64,000 nucleotides of DNA, from contig JACRCR010000140.1 in assembly GCA_016218925.1 (NCBI GenBank), forward strand, positions 6,389-70,388, read 5' to 3'. Positions 9,128 through 19,373 of this stretch are shown here, piece after piece. The stretch's first letter is position 1; each line of letters starts with the position of its first letter. The translations under genes and the position numbers were made by a program. Origin of the DNA: Deltaproteobacteria bacterium. GTDB lineage: Bacteria > Desulfobacterota > Binatia > UBA1149 > CAITLU01. Under the pieces are notes generated by a model that was given only the letters and a program-made list of their open reading frames with translations, made no database searches and was not told where the DNA came from.

Positions 9128-10768
9128 CTACAGCCGCGATACCGGATGGCATCGCGCCTGGGGACCTTTCATCACACCTGTCAAGGAATAGCCAGCCCAA
9201 GAAGTAGCCGGTCGCGGTGCGGCTGTGCCGCCCGGACCTCGCGGCGCCCGGGGAGCGGTGCCGGCGCTGGCAAGTTGTCGAAAGCCGCGACTTGACCCCA
9301 GCCGTGACCCCAGCCGGGGCGGGGGCGCAGGGGTGGCCGGTGCCCAGCCGCCGCCCAGGGCCTTGTACAGTGCGATCAGGTCGGTGGTCACGGCGGCCGA
9401 ACTGATCGCCAGCGATTCCTGGAATACGAGCGCGGCTCGCTCGGTTTCGAGCACCCGCTGGAAATCGACCAGACCGTGCTGGTACTGGGTGCGGGCCAGA
9501 TCGTCGGCCAGTCGGGCGGCAGCTACCGCCTCGCCGAGACTGTCGCGGCGGACCTGCTCGCGCACGTAGGCGACCAGCGCGTTCTCTGCCTCTTCATAGG
9601 CGGTCAGCACCGCGCCTTCATAGGTGGCCAGAGCCTGTTCCTGAAGCGCCGACTGGGCCTCGATGCGGTGGCGGATGCGACCGGCGTCGAAGACGTTCCA
9701 GGTCAGACTCGGGCCGATCGCAAAGACGCGGCTCGCGGAAGATCCCAGTGAGGCCAGATCCAGCGACGACAAGCCGATCGACCCGGACAGCGTCAGCTTC
9801 GGATACAGGTCGGCGGTGGCTACGCCGACCGCGGCGGTGGCCGCGACGAGTTGCTGCTCGGCGCGCGCTACATCGGGGCGACGGCGCAGCAGCTCGGCCG
9901 GCATTCCCACTGCCACCGAGGCAGGAGCCGATGGTACCGGCGCGGGAGCGGCCAGTTCGGCGTCGAGCGAGCCGGCGCCAACGCCGAGCAGCACGGCCAG
10001 ACGGTTTCTTGCCGAAGCCAGGCTGGTCTGCAGCACCGGGATGCGCGCCCGCGTGTCGGCAAGATTGTATTCGGCCTGCGCCACCTCGAGCTCATCGCCG
10101 AGTCCGCCGTCGCGACGCAGGCGCACCAGTTCGAGGGTGTCGGTCTGGCTGCGCGCGCTCGACTCGGCGATCGCGATGCGCGCCTGCAGCGAGCGCACTT
10201 CGACGTAGTTGCGCGCGACTTCGGCCAGGACGCTCACCATCACGTTGCCGAAATCGGCGCGCGAGGCTTCGAGTTCGGCCTGGCGCTGCTCGATGGTTCG
10301 GCGCAACCCGCCGAACAGGTCGATCTCCCAACTGGCGTCGAAGCCGGTTGCGAAGTAGTCCGACTCCAGCACCGACGCCGCCGCCGATGAGCCGCCGCCG
10401 CCGCTGCGCCGTCGCGTGTAGGATGCGTTGGCATCGAGACTCGGCAGCGGCGCGCCGCCGGCTTCTGCGCGGCGCGCTCTGGCTTCCCGGATGCGCGCGA
10501 CCGCACCTTTCATATCGGTGTTGCCGCCGATCGCGCGGCGGACGAGATCATCGAGAAGAGAGTCGCCGAGCAGGGCCCACCACTGCGCAAGGTCGGGACT
10601 CGACGCGGTGAGTCCGCGCGCGAGTTCGGCGCTCCACTGCTGTGGGGCGGTGTTTGCGGGCGGCTGTGCGTCGGGGCCGACGGCGCAACCTCCAAGGCCG
10701 AGCAAGCCGGCGCACGCGATGGCGACTGCTGCCGCGCAACTACCAGACCAGGCGCCTCGCTCACTCAT
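9128..10768 (-). CDS. NodT/TolC-family efflux outer membrane lipoprotein
   Basis: Lipobox 'LGGCAVGP', 'FDASWEIDLFG', 'PAELLRRRPDV', 'LYKALGGGW'; unusually long tail after GGGW. Confidence 0.92.
   Translation of the reverse strand: MSERGAWSGSCAAAVAIACAGLLGLGGCAVGPDAQPPANTAPQQWSAELARGLTASSPDLAQWWALLGDSLLDDLVRRAIGGNTDMKGAVARIREARARRAEAGGAPLPSLDANASYTRRRSGGGGSSAAASVLESDYFATGFDASWEIDLFGGLRRTIEQRQAELEASRADFGNVMVSVLAEVARNYVEVRSLQARIAIAESSARSQTDTLELVRLRRDGGLGDELEVAQAEYNLADTRARIPVLQTSLASARNRLAVLLGVGAGSLDAELAAPAPVPSAPASVAVGMPAELLRRRPDVARAEQQLVAATAAVGVATADLYPKLTLSGSIGLSSLDLASLGSSASRVFAIGPSLTWNVFDAGRIRHRIEAQSALQEQALATYEGAVLTAYEEAENALVAYVREQVRRDSLGEAVAAARLADDLARTQYQHGLVDFQRVLETERAALVFQESLAISSAAVTTDLIALYKALGGGWAPATPAPPPRLGSRLGSSRGFRQLASAGTAPRAPRGPGGTAAPRPATSWAGYSLTGVMKGPQARCHPVSRL
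9275..9299 (-). repeat. Dispersed 25-bp repeat, copy 1 (GGGGTCAAGTCGCGGCTTTCGACAA on the - strand)
   Basis: Exact reverse complement of 50412-50436; adjacent 12-bp tandem TGACCCCAGCCG x2 at 9293-9316. Confidence 0.9.
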
Positions 10769-11969
10769 GGCGCAGCGCCTCTATGGGGTCGAGTCTTGCC
10801 GCGCGCCGAGCCGGAACGTATCCGAAGATCACGCCGATGGCTCCGGAGAACGCGAACGCGAGCGCGATGATGCCGGGATCGAACAGGAACGGAATGTTCA
10901 TGGTGCGCGTGATCGCCGCCGTTGCGGCCAGCGCTACCGCCACTCCGACCAGACCGCCGAGCGAGGAGAGCACCACGGCCTCGACCAGGAACTGCCGTAG
11001 CACTTCGCTCTCGAGCGCTCCGATGGCCAGGCGGGTGCCGATCTCGCGGGTCCGTTCGGTGACCGACACCAGCATGATGTTCATGATCCCGATCCCGCCC
11101 ACCAGCAGGCTCACGGCGGCAACCGCACCGAGCAGCATCGTCAGCACTCGCGTGGTGCCGGTTAGCGTCGCGGCGATTTCCTTCATGTCCAGCACGGTGA
11201 AGTCGTCGTCGTTGCCCGCCGCAATGTGACGGCGCTCGCGCAGCAGTGTCTGGATGTCGGCGCGCGCCTTTTCGGTGTCGCTTTGCGCGGCGGCAGAGAC
11301 CATGACCGCACCTACGTCCTGGTTGCCGGCGATACGGCGGTGGAAGGTGCGCAGCGGCATCAGCAACGTGTCGTCCTGATCGTTGCCCATGCTGCTCTGA
11401 CCCTTGGCCGCCAGCACGCCGATCACCTGACACGAGATCTTTCCAACCCGGATCCGCTGCCCGAGCGGATCCATGCGCCCGAACAGCGTCCCGCGCACTG
11501 TCTCGCCGAGGAGACAGACCGCCTTGCCGGCGCGCAGTTCGGCCTCGGCGAAGTTACGTCCGGTGCCAAGGCCCCATGCACGCGTGGTCAGGTACAGGTC
11601 GGTGGTGCCGACGACGCTGGTCGCGCGGTTCTGGTTGCCGTAGACCACCGTGGCCTGGCGCGACGCGGTCGGGGCTACCGCCCTGATCGACGCAACCTGA
11701 TCGGCGATGGCGGCAACGTCGCGCAGATCAAAGGCTCTGGGGGCCGCCGAGGATCCGCCAGGGCCACGGTGCTGGCCGGCGATCACGACCAGCAGATTGC
11801 TGCCGAGACTCGAGATGTCGGCGGTGATCCTGGCGGTGGCGCCTCTGCCCACAGTCACCATGATGATCACCGCCGCCACTCCGATCACGACGCCGAGCAC
11901 GGTCAGGAACGAACGCAGCACACGCCGCCGGATCTCGCGGATGGCCAGTGCCAGCGTGTCCCACCACAT
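10761..11969 (-). CDS. MacB-like ABC transporter permease
   Basis: 'RSFLTVLGVVIGVAAVI', 'VGGIGIMNIMLVSVTERTREIG', 'PARRAARLDPIEALRHE'. Confidence 0.95.
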   Translation of the reverse strand: MWWDTLALAIREIRRRVLRSFLTVLGVVIGVAAVIIMVTVGRGATARITADISSLGSNLLVVIAGQHRGPGGSSAAPRAFDLRDVAAIADQVASIRAVAPTASRQATVVYGNQNRATSVVGTTDLYLTTRAWGLGTGRNFAEAELRAGKAVCLLGETVRGTLFGRMDPLGQRIRVGKISCQVIGVLAAKGQSSMGNDQDDTLLMPLRTFHRRIAGNQDVGAVMVSAAAQSDTEKARADIQTLLRERRHIAAGNDDDFTVLDMKEIAATLTGTTRVLTMLLGAVAAVSLLVGGIGIMNIMLVSVTERTREIGTRLAIGALESEVLRQFLVEAVVLSSLGGLVGVAVALAATAAITRTMNIPFLFDPGIIALAFAFSGAIGVIFGYVPARRAARLDPIEALRHE

Positions 11970-11970
11970 G

Positions 11971-12699
11971 TCAGGCGTTCTCCGCTTGGCGCACGTCGGA
12001 AGCCACCAGTCCGTCGGCGAACTGAACGACGCGCCCGGCGTAGGCGGCCATGTCGGCTTCGTGGGTGACCATGACGATGGTAACGCCGGAGCGCCGATTG
12101 AAACCGCGCAGCAGCTCCATCACCTCGTGACTGCGAATCGAGTCGAGGTTGCCGGTGGGTTCATCGGCGAGCAGCACGGCCGGCGCGGTGACGATCGCGC
12201 GCGCGATCGCGACGCGCTGCTGCTGGCCGCCCGAGAGCTCGCCCGGCCGGTGCTGCTCCCATCCCGACAAGCCTACGTCGGCAAGCGCGCCGAGTGCGAG
12301 CTCACGGCGCTCGCGCAGCGGGGTGCCGCGGTACATCAACGGCAGCTCGACGTTCTCCAGCGCGGTGGTGCGTGGCAGCAGGTTGTAGCCCTGGAACACG
12401 AAGCCGAAGCGGTGACGTCGCAGCAGCGCGCGCTGGCGCCGGGTCAGCGACGGAACTTCTATTTCCTGGAAGCGGTAGCTGCCACCGCTCGGCGTGTCGA
12501 GGCAGCCGAGGATGTTCATGCAGGTGGACTTGCCAGAGCCGCTCGGCCCCATCACCGCGACGAACTCGCCGCTGTGGATCGCGAGGTCGATGCCTCGCAG
12601 CGCGTGCATCGCCGCTTGCCCGGCGCCGTACACCTTGGTGATGGCGCGCATCCGGATCAGCGCCTGCGCGCCTGCCCCGCCCGTTCGCGCGTCGCTCAC
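11971..12699 (-). CDS. ABC transporter ATP-binding protein (MacB/LolD-like)
   Basis: Walker [10 protein letters not shown], signature LSGGQQQRV, Walker [13 protein letters not shown]-loop VTHE. Confidence 0.96.
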   Translation of the reverse strand: MSDARTGGAGAQALIRMRAITKVYGAGQAAMHALRGIDLAIHSGEFVAVMGPSGSGKSTCMNILGCLDTPSGGSYRFQEIEVPSLTRRQRALLRRHRFGFVFQGYNLLPRTTALENVELPLMYRGTPLRERRELALGALADVGLSGWEQHRPGELSGGQQQRVAIARAIVTAPAVLLADEPTGNLDSIRSHEVMELLRGFNRRSGVTIVMVTHEADMAAYAGRVVQFADGLVASDVRQAENA

Positions 12700-14027
12700 G
12701 AGGACTTGGTGGTCGCGTCGACGACCACTTGGGTGCCCGGCCTCAGGTCACCGGAAAGGACCTGCGTGCGACTGCCATCGCTGGCGCCGATCGTGACGGA
12801 CACTTCTCGCGGCCTGCCGTCCTCGAGAACGTAGACGCTGCGCTTGGAGCCTTTGCCGGCGCCATCGGCCGGTGGCCGCTTGGAGGCCGACAGACGGCGG
12901 CTAAACGGCATCAGTTTCTGCAGCAGGCTGCGGTCATCCTTCTCGTCCTGGGCGCGAGGAGGAATGAAGCGCAGCGCGGCGTTGGGAATCAGCACGGCGT
13001 CGTCGACGGTACTGATGACGATGTCGGCGGTCGCGGTCATTCCCGGTCGCAGCGCAAGATCCGGGTTGGCTACCACCAGCACGGCTTTGTAGGTCACCAC
13101 GTTGTCGACCGTCTCGGAGGCGTAACGAAGCTGGGTGATTTTGGCCGGGAACCTGCGATCGGAGTAGGCGTCGACAGTGAAGGTCGCGCTCATGCCGTCG
13201 CGTACCTGGCCGACATCGGCTTCATCGACGTCGACCTCGAGCTCCATCTGCGCCAGATCCTCGGCCAGCGTGAACAGCACCGGGGTTTGAAGTGACGCGG
13301 CCAGGGTCTGGCCGGGTTCCACCTTGCGACTCAGTACGATGCCGTCGATCGGTGCGCGGATCTCGGCTTTGGCCAGGTTGGTCTGGTCGACGTCGAGCTT
13401 GGCTGCGGCCAGCTCGATCTGCGCGGCGGCGTTGTCGACGCTGGCACGGGCGCGCTCGAGCGTCGCCGCGGCGACGTCCATGTCGTGCTGCGAGGGGAGA
13501 CGACCGCCGCTTGCCTTGCGCACCGCGGCCAGGCGTTCGAGCTCCGCGGTGGCCTCGGCCACCGTCGCTTCCTTCTCGCGACGCAGCGATTTGTTGACGT
13601 CGAGCTGGGCCTGCGACTGGACGACCGCGGCGCTCAGCTTGGAGACGTCGAGCTTGGCCAGCACCTGCCCCTTGCGGACTCGGTCGTTGAAGTCGACGCT
13701 GACGGTGTCGACGATGCCTGACAGCTCGCTGCCGACCTCGACCTTGTTGGTCGGTTGCAGGGTCCCGGTGGCACTGACCGTGACCACCAGGTTTCCCTTC
13801 TCCACCGGCTCGGTCTGGTAGAGCGCCGGCTCCTCACCGCCGCCGCCCGAGCGCATCCATATGACTCCGAGCAGCCCGAGGCCGCCGAGGGCGGCCAGCC
13901 TCAGGCGCCTGCGGCGCAGCCGCACCGGGTCGACCTCGCGGGCGAGCAGGTCATGCAGGTCCTCGTTCGGACGCTCAGTGGGGGCTCGAGAGGGGCGGGG
14001 GGATTGGGGTTGCTTGGTCGGTTCCAC
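12696..14027 (-). CDS. MacA-like periplasmic adaptor subunit
   Basis: 'VSATGTLQPTNKVEVGSELSG', 'IRAPIDGIV', 'VDEADVG', 'LRPGMTATA'. GTG at 14027 chosen; the ORF extends to 14123. Confidence 0.9.
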   Translation of the reverse strand: MEPTKQPQSPRPSRAPTERPNEDLHDLLAREVDPVRLRRRRLRLAALGGLGLLGVIWMRSGGGGEEPALYQTEPVEKGNLVVTVSATGTLQPTNKVEVGSELSGIVDTVSVDFNDRVRKGQVLAKLDVSKLSAAVVQSQAQLDVNKSLRREKEATVAEATAELERLAAVRKASGGRLPSQHDMDVAAATLERARASVDNAAAQIELAAAKLDVDQTNLAKAEIRAPIDGIVLSRKVEPGQTLAASLQTPVLFTLAEDLAQMELEVDVDEADVGQVRDGMSATFTVDAYSDRRFPAKITQLRYASETVDNVVTYKAVLVVANPDLALRPGMTATADIVISTVDDAVLIPNAALRFIPPRAQDEKDDRSLLQKLMPFSRRLSASKRPPADGAGKGSKRSVYVLEDGRPREVSVTIGASDGSRTQVLSGDLRPGTQVVVDATTKSS

Positions 14028-14236
14028 TACCTTTCGATCCGATCGTCGCTGTCCGGCGCCGCGCGCCGGCCCACCAGAGTTCGCGGCGGCCGCAGCGCCG
14101 TCACACGCAGCGGGCACGCCCAACCCTCCCGAGGGCGTCCGCGCTGCGCCTGTCAGTTAACAGCAGGCGCTCGAACTCTCCAGTGCGCGACAGGTGGCGC
14201 GGCCGCGCTTTCGAACTCGCGGCTGCGCTCGCGGGC

Positions 14237-14260
14237 AAACTTGACACCGACGTCATGTTT
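14237..14260. promoter_or_regulatory. Imperfect palindrome AAAC-TTGAC-N6-GTCAT-GTTT overlapping a TTGACA -35 box (putative TetR operator)
   Basis: Read directly: aaacttgacaccgacgtcatgttt, about 80 bp upstream of the acyl-CoA dehydrogenase operon, which ends in a TetR gene. Confidence 0.55.
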
Positions 14261-14341
14261 TTGCTACGAGCGGCGGCGGCCGAGCCGCGCCGACCTCGAC
14301 AGCTTCACGGTCTTCAAGCCTGGTTTTTCAAAGGGGACTCC

Positions 14342-15553
14342 ATGGGACTCACCGACATCGAAGTGGAACTCTCGGAAGAAGATCGCTCGGTACGCGACCT
14401 GGTTCACAAGTTCGCGGCCGAGGTCATGCGGCCGGCCGGCAAGATCCTGGATCGGATGGCCGATCCGGCCGATGTGATCGCGCGCGATTCGGTGCTGTGG
14501 AACGTCTTCGAGAAGTTTCGTGGTCTGGGGCTCGACGCGCTGGCTGACGATCCGTCGTTGATCGGCACGCCGCGGCTGGGTCGCATTCAGGCGATGGTGT
14601 CGGAAGAGCTGGGGTGGGGAGATTCCGGGCTGGCCATCAGTCTGGGGGTGTGCGGCTTTCCCGCGTTCTTCGCGCGTCTGCTGGGACGCCAGGAACTGAT
14701 CGACCGCTTCGCTGCGCCCGGCAACCGCGAGATCGGCTGCTGGGCGATCACCGAACCCAACCACGGCAGCGACGTGCTTGCGTTCAACCAGCCCTTCTTC
14801 GAGTCGCCGCAGATACGCGCCGATTGCATCGCGACCAAGGACGGCGACAGCTACGTGATCCGCGGCCAGAAGGCGGCGTGGGTTTCCAACGGAACGATCG
14901 CGACCGTGGCCACCTTGTTCTGCACGCTCGATCCGGCCCACGGAATGCGCGACGGCGGAGTGGCGCTGGTGCCGCTCGATCTGCCCGGCGTGTCGCGCGG
15001 CGCTCCTCTGGACAAGCTCGGACAGCGCGCGCTCAACCAGGGCGAGATCTTCTTCGACGACGTGCGCATCCCTGCCGATTACATGGTGGTAGGCAGCGAC
15101 TCCTATCAGATGGTGGCCGAGATGGTGCTGACGATGGCCAACGCGTCGATGGGCGTGACCTTCGTGGGAGTGGCCCGCGCGGCGCTCGAACACGCGCTGG
15201 CCTATGCGACCGAGCGCGTTCAGGGCGGCGTGCCGATCTCGCAGCACCAGGCGGTCAAGATGAAACTGTTCCACATGTTCCGCCAGACCGAGGCCGCGCG
15301 CGCGCTGGCGAGGCGCGTGTTCATCTACAACTCTTCGCAGCAGCCGGCGCTGCTCGAGTACTCGATCGCCTCGAAGACCTTCTGCACCCAGACCGCCTTC
15401 GATGTCGCCCACACCGCGGTGACGATCTTCGGCGGCAACGGGCTCAGCCGCGAGTATCCGGTGGAGAAGCTGCTGCGCGACGCGCGCGCGTCGTTGATTG
15501 AAGACGGCTGCAACGACATTCTGGGGCTGGTCGCTGCCGACAAGCTCTGCTGA
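14342..15553 (+). CDS. Acyl-CoA dehydrogenase
   Basis: 'WAITEPNHGSD', 'GQKAWVSNG', 'IFFDDVRIP', 'IFGGNGLSREYPVEKLLRDAR'. ATG at 14342. Confidence 0.95.
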   Translation: MGLTDIEVELSEEDRSVRDLVHKFAAEVMRPAGKILDRMADPADVIARDSVLWNVFEKFRGLGLDALADDPSLIGTPRLGRIQAMVSEELGWGDSGLAISLGVCGFPAFFARLLGRQELIDRFAAPGNREIGCWAITEPNHGSDVLAFNQPFFESPQIRADCIATKDGDSYVIRGQKAAWVSNGTIATVATLFCTLDPAHGMRDGGVALVPLDLPGVSRGAPLDKLGQRALNQGEIFFDDVRIPADYMVVGSDSYQMVAEMVLTMANASMGVTFVGVARAALEHALAYATERVQGGVPISQHQAVKMKLFHMFRQTEAARALARRVFIYNSSQQPALLEYSIASKTFCTQTAFDVAHTAVTIFGGNGLSREYPVEKLLRDARASLIEDGCNDILGLVAADKLC

Positions 15554-15602
15554 CGACGACCGCGACCGCTCGCTTCGGCGAGAATTGCGCACAGGAGAGA
15601 GA

Positions 15603-16391
15603 ATGGAACTGAGAGAAGCAATTGGCAGCAGGCGGTCGATCCGCTTTCTGGCGCCTTACAGGCCGGTAGAGCCCGAGAAGATCCAGCGCATGCTCGAAGC
15701 GGCGCGGCTGGCGTCGCACTGGGGCAATGTGCAGAGCCTGCGCGCGCTGGTGGTGTTCCGCGACAGCGCGCCGCAACAAACCCTCGACGCGTTGCAGGCG
15801 CCGATCGCAGGCTTCCAGATCCGTCTGGCCCCGGTCGTGATCGTCTGGTACGTCGAGACCGCGGCGGTCGACGAGCAGTCCGACCGCTTGCGCGAACTGC
15901 TCGGCGCTGGCGCGCTTGGCTTTGGCGAGGGCAAGAGGGACGCGCTCGAAAACCAGCTCATCCCGATCTTCGACAGTCTGCGCGAGGGCCTCAAGCAGCC
16001 CGGTCTGAACGAGATCGACTGCGGGCAGGGGATCGCACAGGCGACGTTGATGGCTGTGGAGCAGGGCCTCGGTTGCTGCTGCCTGGGGACACCGCACGGC
16101 GAGCCTATTCGCAAAGGCCTCGGACTTCCCGACACCTGCCGGATCCTGCTGCTGCAGACGGTGGGCTATCCGGCCGAGCGCCCGGAAGCCGGCGGTCAGC
16201 GGCCGCGCCAGCCGTTCGAGCGGATCTTCCAGATGAACACCTACGCGACGCCTTTCCCGCGTTCGCCGCAGGTGGTAGCCGAGTTGCAGAGCGAGAAGAT
16301 GCTACAGGCGCCGGCGCCGCTGCCTTGGCGCGAGGCCGAACTCGACTATCTGAAGAAGGCGCTCGGCCTCAAGGGTCACGGACTCATCTGA
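15603..16391 (+). CDS. Nitroreductase-family flavoprotein
   Basis: 'AIGSRRSIRF...PVEPEKIQRMLEAARLA', 'ATLMAVEQGLGCC', 'VGYP'. ATG at 15603 after AGGAGA. Confidence 0.85.
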   Translation: MELREAIGSRRSIRFLAPYRPVEPEKIQRMLEAARLASHWGNVQSLRALVVFRDSAPQQTLDALQAPIAGFQIRLAPVVIVWYVETAAVDEQSDRLRELLGAGALGFGEGKRDALENQLIPIFDSLREGLKQPGLNEIDCGQGIAQATLMAVEQGLGCCCLGTPHGEPIRKGLGLPDTCRILLLQTVGYPAERPEAGGQRPRQPFERIFQMNTYATPFPRSPQVVAELQSEKMLQAPAPLPWREAELDYLKKALGLKGHGLI

Positions 16392-16496
16392 GAACGGACC
16401 GGCGCTGAGGCTCGAGACACGACGGCGCGCGTGAGGACGCGTGCCAGGCAATGACATCGCGCGGATCCAAGGACTGCGCTGCGGGAGATCGAAGCT

Positions 16497-17729
16497 ATGA
16501 AACAGAACGCAATCGTCGCCGGCGTCGGCATGACCCATTTCGGCAAACACCTGGACATCGGTCTCAAAGCGATCGGCGCCGAAGCCGTCCAGGCCGCCGT
16601 CAAGGATGCCGGGATCTCGTTGGACGATATTCAGGCTGCCTACGTCGGCAACGCCGCGGCGGGGCTCGTGACCGGGCAGGAGTGCATCCGCGGCCAGGTG
16701 ATCCTGCGCTCGATCGGTCTCGGTCGCGTTCCGGTGGTCAACGTCGAGAACGCCTGTGCCAGCGGATCGACGGCCTTCCATCAGGCCGCGGCGATGGTCA
16801 CGGCCGGAGCCTACGACGTAGTGCTCGCACTCGGCGCCGAGAAGCTCTACAGCGAAGACCGCAAGAAGAGCTTCAGCGCGTTCTCGGGCGCAGTCGATGT
16901 CGAACTGATGCAGGCCATCATGGAGAGCTTGCAGCAGAGCGCCGCAAAAGGTGGAGCCAGTGCCGGCGCGTCGGGCGCCGGCGAGAAGCGCTCGATGTTC
17001 ATGGACATTTACGCGATGGCGGCGCGCTCGCACATGGAGCGATACGGCACCACCGCCGAGCAGTTCGCGATGGTCTCGGCCAAGAACTCGCTGCACGGCA
17101 GCATGAACCCGCGCGCGCAGTTCCGCGAAGAACTGACCGTCGAGCAGGTACTGGCCTCACCGGTGATCGCCGAGCCGCTCACGCGTCCGATGTGTTCGCC
17201 GATCGGCGACGGCGCGGCCGCGGTCATTCTGGTCAGCGAGCGCAAGGCGCGCGAGCTGGGGATCAGCAAGCCGGTGCGCGTGGTTTCCACGATCCTGCGC
17301 TCGGGCTGGGACCACGGGATGGACGAGGATGGCTGCGGCGATGTGTGCTCGCGCGAAGCCTACGAGGACGCCGGGGTCGGCGCCGCCGACATCAACGTGA
17401 TCGAACTGCACGACGCTTCAGCGCCGGGCGAGATCTTCGCGTACGAGTATCTCGGGCTGTGTCCCAAGGGCGAAGGCGGCAGACTGGTCGAGTCGGGGGC
17501 AACGCGTCTTGGCGGGCGCCAGCCGGTCAATACTTCGGGCGGCCTGCTGCGCAAGGGACATCCGGTCGGCGCCACCGGCGCCGCGCAGATCGTCGAACTG
17601 ACCGAGCAGCTTCAGGGGCGCTCGGGTGCGCGGCAGGTAGCCGGTGCGCGTATCGGTCTGGCCCAGAACGGCGGCGGCAACATAGGTACCGACGTCGCGG
17701 CGATGTGCGTTTCGGTCCTGCGGATCTGA
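16497..17729 (+). CDS. Thiolase, SCP2/lipid-transfer type
   Basis: 'NVENACASG' (catalytic Cys), 'ELHDA' (HDA type), 'GHPVGATG', 'CSPIGDGAAA'. Confidence 0.92.
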   Translation: MKQNAIVAGVGMTHFGKHLDIGLKAIGAEAVQAAVKDAGISLDDIQAAYVGNAAAGLVTGQECIRGQVILRSIGLGRVPVVNVENACASGSTAFHQAAAMVTAGAYDVVLALGAEKLYSEDRKKSFSAFSGAVDVELMQAIMESLQQSAAKGGASAGASGAGEKRSMFMDIYAMAARSHMERYGTTAEQFAMVSAKNSLHGSMNPRAQFREELTVEQVLASPVIAEPLTRPMCSPIGDGAAAVILVSERKARELGISKPVRVVSTILRSGWDHGMDEDGCGDVCSREAYEDAGVGAADINVIELHDASAPGEIFAYEYLGLCPKGEGGRLVESGATRLGGRQPVNTSGGLLRKGHPVGATGAAQIVELTEQLQGRSGARQVAGARIGLAQNGGGNIGTDVAAMCVSVLRI

Positions 17730-17750
17730 GGCGAGGGCAGGAGTAGGCGG

Positions 17751-19373
17751 ATGCGCGAACCGAGCCTCTTCATCCTGGCCGACATCGTACGCGAGAAGGC
17801 CAAAGCCCAGCCGGATCACGAGGTGCTGACCTTCGAGCACCTCAGTCTCGATGACGAGGCGACGCCGGACGAGGTGCGTACCTACGCTCAGTTGTCGCAA
17901 GGCGCCGATCGCATCGCGGCCGCATTGGTCGCCTACGGCATGCAACGCGGCGATCGGTTCGGGCTGATGATGCGCAACCATCCCGAGTACGTCGAGACGA
18001 TGGTGGCGGCATCGATCACCGGCACGGTGATGGTCCCTCTCGACCCGCGTACCCGCGGCGACAAACTGGCGTTCATGCTGAGCAACGCCGGCTGCCGCGG
18101 CATGGTGTGCGCCGACTACTGCCTGGGCGAAGTCGTCGCGATCCGCGAGCGGTGCCCGGATCTTCGCTGGGTACTGGCGCTGGAAACCGGTGAGGGAGTG
18201 GCGGCCACGACGGTGTCGGCCACTCGCGGCGCCGACTCGATGCGCGGGGTACTGGCAAGGCCGGCTGCGCCGATGGAAGTGAGGCTCGAGGCGAGCACCG
18301 ACCCGCTGCAGATCATCTACACCTCGGGCACCACCGGCGATCCCAAAGGCGTGGTCTTTTCCAACGATCGTTTCGGCTCGATGGCGATGCTCGGCATGAT
18401 CGCGGGTTACACCAGTGAGGAGAGACCGTACACCGGCTTGTCGCTCACCCACGGCAACGCGCAGGCGGTCACGTTGGCGCCGACGCTGGTGATGGGACTG
18501 CACGCGGTGTTCAGCCGCAAGTTCACCAAGTCGCGTCTGTGGGACGTGTGCCGCCGCCACGGCTGCACGGTGTTCTCGCTGCTCGGCGGCATGGCCACCG
18601 CCATCTACAGCGAGCCGGGAAGGCCCGACGACGGCGACAACCCGGTGCGTTTCGTCACCAGCGCCGGCATGCCGGCCGGCATCTGGGAGCCGTTCGAGAA
18701 GCGCTTCAACGTCAAGATCATGGAGTGGTACGCGGCCGTGGAAGGGGGCCTTGCATTCAACCCGATCGGCAAGGGGCCGATCGGATCGTTCGGCAAGCCG
18801 GCCCCCGGCATGGAGATGAAGATCCTCGACGAGAACGACAACGAGTGTCCGCCCGGAGTAATGGGCGAGATCTGCTCGCGCCCGGCCGGCGCCAAGGCCA
18901 GCGTCGACTACTACGGCAACGAGAAGGCTTCCAAGGACAAGACCCGCGGCGGCTGGCTGCGCAGCGGCGACATCGGCCACACCGACGACGAAGGCTGGTT
19001 CTACTTCGACTTCCGCAGCGGCGGGGGCATCCGTCACAACGGCGATTTCGTCCATTCCGGCTTCGTGGAGCGGGCCATCGCCGAGCACCCCTCGGTCAGT
19101 GATGTCTTCGTCTACGGTGTCGCTGCCGCTTCGGGAGCGCCGGGAGAGAAGGACGTGGTCGCGGCGGTGGTGCCGGCCAACCGCGCGAGTTTCGACCCGG
19201 CGGCGCTGTTCGCGGCGTGCCGCAAGTCGCTCGAATCCAACTTTGTTCCCTCCTATCTTCAGGTGGTGGACGAGATTCCGAAGACGGCTTCCGAGAAGCC
19301 CCAGGAGCGGTTCCTGCTCGACGCGTTCGATCCCGGGGCGCCGAACGTCTTTACGGAGCGGACTTCGGCTTGA
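17751..19373 (+). CDS. AMP-binding acyl-CoA ligase (CaiC-like)
   Basis: YTSGTTGDPKG, WYAAVEG, GWLRSGDIG, IPKTASEK. Confidence 0.9.
   Translation: MREPSLFILADIVREKAKAQPDHEVLTFEHLSLDDEATPDEVRTYAQLSQGADRIAAALVAYGMQRGDRFGLMMRNHPEYVETMVAASITGTVMVPLDPRTRGDKLAFMLSNAGCRGMVCADYCLGEVVAIRERCPDLRWVLALETGEGVAATTVSATRGADSMRGVLARPAAPMEVRLEASTDPLQIIYTSGTTGDPKGVVFSNDRFGSMAMLGMIAGYTSEERPYTGLSLTHGNAQAVTLAPTLVMGLHAVFSRKFTKSRLWDVCRRHGCTVFSLLGGMATAIYSEPGRPDDGDNPVRFVTSAGMPAGIWEPFEKRFNVKIMEWYAAVEGGLAFNPIGKGPIGSFGKPAPGMEMKILDENDNECPPGVMGEICSRPAGAKASVDYYGNEKASKDKTRGGWLRSGDIGHTDDEGWFYFDFRSGGGIRHNGDFVHSGFVERAIAEHPSVSDVFVYGVAAASGAPGEKDVVAAVVPANRASFDPAALFAACRKSLESNFVPSYLQVVDEIPKTASEKPQERFLLDAFDPGAPNVFTERTSA

Noticed and set aside
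14146-14170. GCGCCTG..GTTAAC..CAGGCGC inverted repeat as an operator for the MacAB-type genes
   Set aside because: Short GC-rich arms with unequal spacing are plausible by chance, and no adjacent regulator supports it.
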